DNA of 64,000 nt from Octopus vulgaris (lineage: Eukaryota). The first letter of the stretch is position 1. The number at the start of each line of letters is the position of its first letter. Below, piece after piece: positions 41,162-52,619 of this stretch. The stretch lies in contig OX597816.1 of assembly GCA_951406725.2 (NCBI GenBank), forward strand, positions 69,378,001-69,442,000, given 5' to 3'. The position numbers and the translations under genes are program-made. Below the pieces are notes generated by a model that saw only the letters and a list, made by a program, of their open reading frames with translations, made no database searches and had not been told where the DNA came from.

Positions 41162-41809
41162 ATGTGTGTGTGTGTATGTGTGTGTATGTGCATGTGTGTA
41201 TGTGTGTGTATGTGTGTGTGTGTATAATTATTATTATAATTATAATTTAGGGTATTTAAGAGATACCTCCACGGTGGAAATAGCAACCAAAACTTAACTC
41301 TAAAACCACATTAAATGTTCATACAGTACCAGGATACACACACACACACACACACACGCACATATATGTATGTATGCATATATATATATACAGAGACAGT
41401 CTGATAGGGAAAAGAGATATAGAAAGCGCATATTCATAACTATACACGAACTCAAGCGCACATCATGATGCATATACTGAGGCCTGTATGCGATAACCTC
41501 GGGTGATATAATAAGAACCAAGGACTTCCTGCTGATATGAATAGACATGGGAATATACCACAACACAAAGCAAGATATAGCGAGTCTACAAAATGAAAGG
41601 TATGTGTCTGGTTACGTATTTCCCATTTGCACATGCATACATACATACATACATACATACATACATACACACTAACACATACATATATCCAGAGTAAGAA
41701 AGGGAGAAAGAATGATAGAGAGAGTTACAGATAGATAATGATATACGCATATACCTGTTTATATGTATTTTCACACTAGTTGGCATATGTATAGAGAGGT
41801 ATATAAGAT

Positions 41810-41842
<33 letters not shown>

Positions 41843-41888
41843 GTATATATACATACATATATATATATATATATATAAATAATATATG

Positions 41889-41927
<39 letters not shown>

Positions 41928-41947
41928 ATAAATATAAATAATATATG

Positions 41948-41986
<39 letters not shown>

Positions 41987-42004
41987 AAATATAAATAATA
42001 TATG

Positions 42005-42043
<39 letters not shown>

Positions 42044-42209
42044 ATATAAATAATATATGTATATATACATACATATACATACATATATATATATATATAT
42101 AATAATATATGTATATATACATACATATACATACATATATATATATATATATAAATAATATATGTATATATACATACATATACATACATATATATATATG
42201 CATATATAT

Positions 42210-42299
<90 letters not shown>

Positions 42300-42398
42300 G
42301 TATATATACATACATACACACATATATATGTATATATATATATGTATATATACATACATACACACATATATATATATATATAAATAATATATGTATAT

Positions 42399-42429
<31 letters not shown>

Positions 42430-42562
42430 AATAATATATGTATATATACATACATATATATATATATATAAATAATATATGTATATATACATACATATAT
42501 ATATATATATAAATAATATATGTATATATACATACATATATATATGCATATATATATATATG

Positions 42563-42611
<49 letters not shown>

Positions 42612-42625
42612 ATCTATATATATGT
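41810..42625. repeat. Higher-order TA/TACA satellite
   Basis: Recurrent ~40-60-bp unit AATAATATATGTATATATACATACATA(TA)n. Confidence 0.85.
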
Positions 42626-42709
42626 AGGTCCCGGGTTGATTCGGGGTTAACCACAGTAAATAAGGTACTCAATACATAGCAGAGTAAAATTAATTTATTA
42701 TATAGAAGG

Positions 42710-42760
42710 AGCTTCTACAGGACTAGAACTGTTTCATTCAAGAGAAATCTTCAGGAAGCT
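42710..42760 (-). ncRNA. Type I hammerhead ribozyme
   Basis: Exact reverse complement of 45283-45333. Confidence 0.75.
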
Positions 42761-42921
42761 AGTTAACAAGAATTGTATTGGCATTTATACATTTAGGCAG
42801 GTTTAAAGGGGTGTTGGTGGGGGACTTTTTGGGGGTAGGCATAGCGCAAAATATCATACTTGGGGGAGTGGTCAAGGAGTCAGTGTTAAATTAGATAGAA
42901 GAATAAATAAAAAATAAAAAA

Positions 42922-42971
<50 letters not shown>

Positions 42972-43419
42972 GGGGGATAGAGTTTTAGGTAAATAAGGAG
43001 ATTCTCACTTATACCTATGCACATATGTATACATATATACACACGCATACAAACATATACATATACATACACACACACATACACACACACACATATATAT
43101 ATATACATATATATACACTTACCCATACATATACATATCTACACATACACATATATGTATACATACACACACTCACATGCGTACACGTATACACACATGT
43201 ATATATACACACACACGACAACACATACATATACACACAGAAAAATATATATACACATACACACACATACTCACATACACGCATACACACACAAATCCAC
43301 ACACACACATGCACACCCAGCACACTAGTCCCTATATACACATATATACACATACACACATATATATATATATATATACATACACACACATACATATACA
43401 TACACACACATATATATAT

Positions 43420-43472
<53 letters not shown>

Positions 43473-43815
43473 CACATGTGTACCCATGTGTATTATTTTT
43501 TGAGTATGCATGTATGAATAACTGCGCGTATATATATTTTACTATTTACTTATTTTTTGAGTATGCATGTAAGTATGAATATAAGGAGGCGCGTGTGTGT
43601 GTGTGTATGTGTAAGCATAGATATATGTATACTCTTACGCATGGGTGTACTTATGTGTATATATGGACGCGCGCGTGTGTGTGTGCGTGTAAGGGGACGC
43701 ATGTACATGTGTATGTGTGTGTATGAGTATATGAGTATGTATGTATGTGTGTGCGTATATTTGTATATGTATGTATGTATGTGTATGTGTGTGTATGAAT
43801 ATATATGTATATATG

Positions 43816-43856
<41 letters not shown>

Positions 43857-44098
43857 GGATATATATATGCGCGTATATATATGTATGTATGTGGGTGTGT
43901 GTATGTGTATAAATGTATGTATGTATGGATGTATGGATGTATGTATGTATGTATACGTATGTATGTGTATGTGTGTACATGTATGTATGTGTATGTGTGT
44001 ATATATGTGTATATGTGTGTATATGTGTATATATGTGTATGTATGTGTGTGTGTATGTATATATGTGTATATATGTGTGAATATGTATATATATATGT

Positions 44099-44146
<48 letters not shown>

Positions 44147-44595
44147 GTATATATATATATATACACATGTATGTATTTGTATGTAGGTGTACGTGTATGT
44201 GTGTGTATTTATATTTATTGGTGTATATGTATAGACTAGCCTTCTAAGAGTGTAGACATGAACCTGTAGGTACGCGTACGTATGTGTATATACGTGAATG
44301 TATCTAGATGTATGTATGTATGAATATAACGCGTGCGTGCGTGTATGTGTATGAGTGTACGAATGAGTGAGTGTACGTGCTAAAGAGTGTGCGTGAGTGA
44401 ATGAGTGCTTGTTTTCCAGTAGACAGATAAATGGACTGGCTGTCATAGCCAAGATGTTTGTGACCAAGCCGCCAAAGATAACAAAAGTAATAAACGAAGA
44501 TAATAAAATTAAAATTAGGGAATGGGTCTGTATTTGTATGTGTATATATATGTATATATGTGTGTGTGTGTAGATATGCATGGGTACACATGTGT

Positions 44596-44629
<34 letters not shown>

Positions 44630-45068
44630 ATATATATATGCGTGTGTATGTATATGTATGTGTGTGTATGTATATATATATATATATATATGTGTGTATG
44701 TGTATATATGTGTATATAGGGACTAGTGTGCTGGGTGTGCATGTGTGTGTGTGGATTTGTGTGTGTATGCGTGTATGTGAGTATGTGTGTGTATGTGTAT
44801 ATATATTTTTCTGTGTATATATGTATGTGTTGTCGTGTGTGTGTATATATACATGTGTGTATACGTGTATGCATGTGAGTGTGTGTATGTATACATATAT
44901 GTGTATGTGTAGATATGTATATGTATGGGTAAGTGTATATATATGTATATATATATATATGTGTGTGTGTATGTATATGTATATGTTTGTATGCGTGTGT
45001 ATATATGTATACATATGTGCATAGGTATAAGTGAGAATCTCCTTATTTACCTAAAACTCTATCCCCCT

Positions 45069-45119
<51 letters not shown>

Positions 45120-45282
45120 TATTTTTTATTTTTTATTTATTCTTCTATCTAATTTAACACTGACTCCTTGACCACTCCCCCAAGTATGATATTTTGCGCT
45201 ATGCCTACCCCCAAAAAGTCCCCCACCAACACCCCTTTAAACCTGCCTAAATGTATAAATGCCAATACAATTCTTGTTAACT

Positions 45283-45333
45283 AGCTTCCTGAAGATTTCT
45301 CTTGAATGAAACAGTTCTAGTCCTGTAGAAGCT
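45283..45333 (+). ncRNA. Type I hammerhead ribozyme
   Basis: AGCTTC-CTGAAGA-T(TTC-TCTT-GAA)T-GAAA-CAG-TTCTAGTC-CTG-TA/GAAGCT: 6-bp stem I, 4-bp stem III, GUA site after A45327, and a U-U pair at the base of stem II. Confidence 0.75.
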
Positions 45334-46015
45334 CCTTCTATATAATAAATGTATCTATATATATATATATGTATGTATGTATATATATATACATACATGT
45401 ATTGCACACACGTGTGCAAGCATTCACACAGTGCTACATGTTTCTATTAGTGAATATATGGCTTTGAATGAATAACTGAGTAATGCAGATCAGAAATGAG
45501 ACTGAACGACTTATTAAGTAGTTTCAACACCCACCAGGATTATATATCTACGTGCCGTCGATGTCATATCGTCCCCACAATTTCTACAGCTTTTATCAGA
45601 ATATTGTTATAAGCAAGTATTGTTAAGTTACAGAGCTACAGAGTACTTTCGCAATCGTTAGCATCAGCATTCATAAAGTCTTATAGGAGTACGTAGTAGA
45701 GTAAGATCATATCACAGACCTCGGCCAATAGAAAATCATTTGACTCAACAATTCCGATTCGTGAATTCTTGCCTTTTATCGTTTATTTCAGTAATACGAA
45801 TGCCGTCAAGAATGTTAGTCGAATGAATCGTCTGTAGTACTTAATTCTTATTAAACCCGATACTTATTCTATCTGTCTCTGTTACTGACCTTCATGTTAC
45901 GGTGACATAGACACAGGGACATAGCTTTTCAGGCGGTGGTGGGAGAAAAATACAGAAAATCTCTCTATCTATCTATCCATCCATCCATCTATCTATGTGT
46001 CTATATGTCTATCTG

Positions 46016-46059
<44 letters not shown>

Positions 46060-46169
46060 CCTACCTACCTACCAATCTATCCATTTATCTATATATCTAC
46101 CTACCTATCTATTTGTCTGCCTGTCAGACTGACTATCAGTCTGTCTATATGTCTGTTTATCTATTTGTC

Positions 46170-46240
<71 letters not shown>

Positions 46241-46249
46241 GTATGTATG

Positions 46250-46302
<53 letters not shown>

Positions 46303-47017
46303 GCAGAGAGAGGCAAAGAGAGTGAGATTGGATTTTCTATCTATAACACTTATTTAATCTACATTTTGTTTTTGTCAGCCCAGTGGCTTACAACATATCG
46401 ATCAGACTGGAGTTCAGTTCGGTCTTCTTATGCGATAAGAACAGTCTCTTAGAAGTCTAGTTTTGAACTCTAGACACACAAAATCTTCAGACATGTGATG
46501 TATTCATAACTTACCTGAAGATTGTTCGCATTTGCAAGTAAAACTCATAGTATCAAGAGACTGAAGCCACCGAAATTATACTATTAAGGACTATTATGGA
46601 AGAAGGAAATGGAATGAATGCAACTCTAAAAACAGAAAGACGTGGTGCATTGTATTCGGCGCGACATGGTAACAATATGAGTCGGCCCGACTAGAGGTAA
46701 CAGGAAATGGAAAAATTAGGATGTTTGGACAAATCTCGTAAATAAGTGATCTAAATGCATTGGGGGGATTTAAGGGCTCTGATCTAAGACCATGAAAGAG
46801 GGTACTCTCTATTCAACAGTCGGAACAAACCATATGTATATGTGTGTATGCGTGTGTTGGGTTTTGTGGGTATGAAAGAAAGCATGCTTCTATGAGTTTA
46901 ATGTATGTGTGAGCGTATCTAGGTGTATTTGCGTTTGCTCATATCCGCATAGATGTACATCACAGAATGACATGCGAATATCGAACCAGTATCTCTCTAC
47001 ACACACACATATAGCTA

Positions 47018-47248
47018 ATTCTTTACTACCCACAAGGGGCTAAACACAGAGAAGACAAACAAGGACAGACAAATGGATTAAGTCGAATTTATCGACCCCA
47101 GTGCATAACTGATACTTAATTTATCGACCCCGAAAGGATGAAAGGCGAAGTCGACCTCGGCGGAATTTGAACTCAGAACTTAGCGGCAGACGAAATACCG
47201 CTAAACATTTCGCCCGGTGTACTAACGTTTCTGCCAGCTCGCCGCCTT
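47018..47248 (-). mobile_element. SINE (family C)
   Basis: Reverse complement of 18522-18756. Confidence 0.85.
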
Positions 47249-48572
47249 CAAACACACACACTTACATACCACACACAGGCACATACCACACACACACACA
47301 CGCACACATAAATAAATATTATATAGTTGTATTTGTCCCAAATGCGTTACACGTGTTGTATCGTCACTTTCACCAGCGAGAATTCATTCAGTGATTGATA
47401 GACGCTGTGAAAACCTGCATAATCGAAAACCAGCATAGTTGTGATTATGCTAAGATATAAACAGATTTCTCCATGTGTCCCACAGATTCGTTAAAATTCT
47501 TTATAATGTTTCCTGCAAGCATAGTTGTCAGTTAATTGTGTCTCTCTAAAAATGTTGAGGTATGTTGGTGAATACTTAAGATGCAAGCTTCTAGGAATTC
47601 TAAGTAAAAGTATAAATATTCAGAATATAATATTGATCTTGACATTAGGCCATGTTTCTGGATATATTGTCTGATTATTAAATTCGGAATCAATTCGATA
47701 CGCAGTTATTGTAAAGTAGGTATAAACGCCCTTCAATAATTGTCGTTCAAGAGGAATATGTCTCTTATGCTGACTCTCGGTCTCTCTCTCTACTAATATA
47801 GTTTTATCTTCCTCTCATTCACTTCGTGTTTCTGCTATTCTGTTATATATAAAAGTATATGTAAGAAATCCGACGCATGTACACCTACATAAACTCAGAA
47901 TGACACACATATACCAACACAACTACAGAGACACACATGCACACCCACAATTATATAATGCAGTAATGCAATTCAATCTTACAATACATAGAATGCTATA
48001 TTTTACTGATATGGTAGAACGCCCAAATTGAACATGCTATATTTAAGTGCAGAATAAATTATGCAGGCATGATACCTATAAAAGCGTAATATACATTTTA
48101 AAACGTTGGCTTACATATATAGATGGTAGTTTACGGTAGAAGTAATTGTAAATATGCAATAGAACGGGGAAACCTAGTTAGCGAATACGTGAGTGTGTGG
48201 GAGATCAGAGAGTAAACCTATTTTTTCTCGTAAAGATATTTTGCGAACATAACATGGCAGTCCTGGTTTAGGGCTAATGTTGCTGTAATTTAGCACAAGG
48301 AGACATCGTTTTCAGCTGGCTATACGACACGATCTTTGTCCTTATCTTTTCGAACAAGGAAATCTCGCATCCCCACTCAGCTCAAAACAATATCCGTGTT
48401 TCGCGATTTCTGGGGTTTTTTTCTCTTCATCAGAATAATTGCTTGGCTAGAGGTGGCGCTGCCAAATTTCTGTTCGAAATATATAGTTTTCAAAGTGATA
48501 ACTAGTCACTGATTTATATATTAGAAATTTTCTATTTTTTCTCGTACCGAATTCCTGTTTCCTCTCTCTCTC

Positions 48573-48662
<90 letters not shown>

Positions 48663-48776
48663 GGGGTTGGATGGATAGATAGATAAATATATAGATTGAA
48701 TAACGCAGGCACACTCTCACACACAAGCAAATACACAGATACACAAATACTCACACAATACACTCACATATACTTA

Positions 48777-48999
48777 TTTGCTTATTGCCCACAGGGGGCT
48801 AAACACAGAGGAGACAAACAAGGATAGACAAAGGGCTTAAGTCGGTTACATCGAGCCCAGTGAGTAACTGGTACTTAATTTATCGACCCCGGAAGGATGA
48901 AAGGCAAAGTTGACCTCAGCGTAATTTGAACTCAGAACGTAATGGCAGCCGAAATACCGCTAAGCATTTCGCCCGACGTGCTAAGGATTCTGCCAGCTC
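48777..48999 (-). mobile_element. SINE (family C)
   Basis: Reverse complement of 18522-18756. Confidence 0.8.
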
Positions 49000-49769
49000 A
49001 CATATATATTATATGCGGGTGCGACCTTCGTAGCATGAGAAAGAATCAGAAACAGAGAAGAGAATGCAACAGAGAGATTAATATTAGTCAACAAGTTGGT
49101 GCCATGAACATTTCACAGAATGAATGGTAAACTTACTGGGTTATTTCTGAAAACTTTATCCTAGAACCTGAAAGCGTGTCTTGTGTTATGTCTGCTTGGA
49201 AGGATAGCCGCTCGTCTGCAATTCATTGAAAAGTAGAAGAAATTGGATGACGATGATTACTTAATGTGTTTTATATATACAGTTTATATGCTTTATGACC
49301 AATTGTATTGACTTGATACACAGTACTCATAAAATAAATATTAACACTTACTTATCCATTTTCCCCATAAACAATACAAAAAAGTATCCCTTACATATGA
49401 TACGACCTTTAGTTAATTGCATATATCTTCTACTTTTTCTCTCCATCTTCTCTCTCCTTTCTTTAACCTCACCATCAGAACATCACCGATCTGCTGAAAT
49501 TATTCTTTTAACTCTCCGGCTCTACATTCAATTAAGTTTTATACCCACAAAATAAATAAAACGTTGTTACGGACGCGTCTGTTTCAATCTTTTACTTTCT
49601 CCCACTTTTTGTCTCACTCTTCGCCTTATCTTCTTCTTGTCTCCTTTTCTTTCTCCCTCTTTTTCTCAAACCTCGTGAATGCGCCAACGACTGGCTTCGC
49701 AACGTAATGAAGAGCAGAATTATTATACGCTACTTGTATTAAGATGCATACACACACTCCTATATATAC

Positions 49770-49832
<63 letters not shown>

Positions 49833-49895
49833 TATATACATACATACATACATATATGTATATATATACATACATATATATATACATATATATAC

Positions 49896-49926
<31 letters not shown>

Positions 49927-49932
49927 CATACA

Positions 49933-50210
49933 TATATATAATATTAATTAGAGACAAAACCACTATTTTGCAAATCAAACAAGGAAAGACTTAATCAATA
50001 CATAAAAAAATTTTAATATAAAGTAAATATTTATTTATTTATTTACTTTATATTAAAATTTTATGTATTGATTAAGTCTTTCCTTGTTTGATTTGCAAAA
50101 TAGTGGTTTTGTCTCTAATTAATATTATATAATATTTTACTATAAAATTGATTCAATCCTCAATCTGATTTTTCCCGGTAAATTTGGATTTATTCCCTAA
50201 TATTTATTAT
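49933..50210. mobile_element. Fold-back element in (TA)n: ~95-bp near-perfect palindrome plus one-sided tail
   Basis: 49933-50029 is mirrored by 50040-50131, and the tail 50132-50210 is related to 3549-3660. Confidence 0.7.
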
Positions 50211-50233
50211 TATACATATATATATATATATAC

Positions 50234-50264
<31 letters not shown>

Positions 50265-51007
50265 CATACATATATGTATATATATACATACATACATATA
50301 TGTATATATATATACATACATATATTTATACATATATATACATATATATATATATACATACATATATATATACATATATATACATATATATATACATATA
50401 TATACATATATATATATACATATATATATACATATATATATACATATATATATATATACACACATATATATATACATATATATGCATATATATATATATA
50501 CATATATATACATATATATATACACATATATATATACACACACATATATATATACATATATATAAATATATACATATATAGACGTATTTTTACTCCTCTC
50601 TGCGCCGGTCAGCAGCAAGCTTCACAGCTACATTCGTCGTAATTGACCATCACATATATTCCTGTATATTTGAAACCACGCTTTTCCCCAACTCGTGAGT
50701 AGACTTTTCCTTAACCACAAACTATTTTCATAATTTTCAAACGACCAAATATTTTCAAACACCTTCTGATAACTAAAGGATCACCTACACATTAAAAAAT
50801 TAGAAAAAGAGGGGAAAAAAGGAAAAGAAAAGAAAGATAAAATAACTACAAGCTCATAATTCAAATACAAACTTCTCAGTAATACAGCAAACATTCTGTA
50901 CAATCAATTCTACATACTTCTCCTTAAAAAAAAACAAAAAAAAATAATTAAAAGTAATCAACAAAACAAACGAACAAAATAAAATTTAATAAAACATATC
51001 AACCAGA

Positions 51008-52619
51008 ATGGCTAGCCACCAAAAATCCAACAAAAACTGGTCTGATGATGAAGTCGACGTTCTTATCAACACATGGCATGGCCTTACCGAAACAGAGAGT
51101 ATAGGTGCTTCGTGTCTGAACGAAATTGCTAAACGAACAGTTCACCATTTGCAAACTCGATCTGAACAGCAGATACAAAATAAATTAAAACAAATCGAAG
51201 TTGCTTTTAAATTAATAAATAAACACTTCGATAAACTGAGATGTGTTTTCTCTTCGAACGCATCACCGGCGAAACAACAACAACAACAACAACCTCAACA
51301 ACAACAAACTCAGCGGCAACAACAACAACAACAGCTACATCAACAACAACAACTTCAGCAGCAACAACCTCAGCGACAACAACAACAACCTCAACAACAA
51401 ACTCAGCGGCAACAACAACAACAGATACAGCAACAACAACAGGATGAACCACTCCTTGATTCATCTCTTTAAAAGACTCTCTTTAAAGACTCCGCCGGTT
51501 ACGACGACGAGGGTCCCAGCTGATACGATCAACGGAACAGCTTGCTCGTGAAATTAACGTGCAAATGGCTGAGCATTCCACAGACACGTGTACCCTTAAC
51601 GTAGTTCTCGGGGATAATCAGCGTGACACAGAGAGTGACAAGGCTGACCCTTTGAAATACAAGTACAACTCATTTTTGCCAGCTGAGTGGACTGGAGCAA
51701 CGTGAAATAAAGTGTCTTGCTCAAGGACACAACGCGTCGCCGGGAATCCAACTCACAACCTTACGATCATGAGCCGAATGCCCTAACCACTTGATTCATC
51801 ACTTGATTCATCTACAATGGCCGATTTGCTAAACGAAACGATTGACCCCCCAGTCATCAGGGTCACACAGCAGGAAGCATCACCCCTTCCTTTCACTGCC
51901 CCAGCAGCTCAATCATCATCATTGTCAACACCATCTCCTCTGCTTACTACTACTAGTACTACTCCCTCTATGTATCGACAAACATCTTTGTCTTGGAATC
52001 GACCTCCTCAATCATTACCACTGTCAACATCTCTTCTACCTACTACTACTACTACAACTACTACTACTAATGCTATCTCAAGGAATTTACCTCCTACAGG
52101 TCACAAAGGTCGCCAAAACTTCAACAAACTATCATCTACACCTTTCACAACTCACACACACACACACGCACCTACATACCCACTCGTAACCCCATCATTT
52201 GCCGATATTCTCTTCGCCATAGACTGTGCACTGATAGAGACTGCAAATTCACCCATTTACCTGGAACAAAACGCTCTATCCCCACAAACTACAACAGCAA
52301 CCACCATAATACAACATCACCACAACCACCAATATCTCAAACAAGGAATCCCCAAATCTGCCGCTATTCCCAGCGAAACAGATTGTGTTTGCACAGGGAT
52401 TGCCACTTTACCCATCTCCCGGGGACTCGTCGGACATTTAAAGATAACCATTCACATAAAGATAGCCGCGGCCACAGTCACCTGCGGTTCCCTAGACAGG
52501 AAACCACCTCTTCTTCCTCTTTTTTAGCTATAATGAATCTAGCAAAAGAACTGGAAAAAAACATCCGAGCTATCACCCACCACCATCCACCACTATTACC
52601 CCACTGCACATACCATTAA
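51008..52619 (+). pseudogene. LINE ORF1 (Myb/SANT-like N-terminus, polyQ, S/T/P linker, two CCCH zinc fingers), disrupted
   Basis: NWSDDEVDVLINTW...RSEQQIQNKLKQI is Myb/SANT-like. Fingers CRYSLRHRLCTDRDCKFTHLPGT (52200) and CRYSQRNRLCLHRDCHFTHLPGT (52359). Broken by a SINE and a (CA)n frameshift. Confidence 0.75.
51467..51790 (-). mobile_element. 5'-truncated SINE inserted in LINE ORF1 with 12-bp TSD
   Basis: Reverse complement of the 59256-59567 family. TSD CTTGATTCATCT at 51455-51466 and 51802-51813. Confidence 0.85.

Larger units (their letters stand above)
42626..45350. mobile_element. 2.7-kb fold-back Penelope-like element with ~780-bp inverted arms, each carrying a hammerhead
   Basis: 42693-43488 is the reverse complement of 44579-45350 (differences mainly in microsatellite lengths). 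There is a one-sided tail at 42626-42692 and TA-type flanks. Confidence 0.8.

Noticed and set aside
41586-45152. Long ORFs rich in Y/I/H/T/C/V (up to 343 aa), also at 49.7-50.6 kb and 55.7-56.5 kb
   Set aside because: Translations of TA/CA microsatellites, not genes.
48388-48440. Minus-strand CTGATGA...GAAACACG
   Set aside because: Stems II and III and the cleavage triplet cannot be formed convincingly.
51817-52527. 236-aa ORF as a stand-alone gene
   Set aside because: It is the middle of LINE ORF1, and its C-terminal half is out of frame relative to the CCCH fingers.
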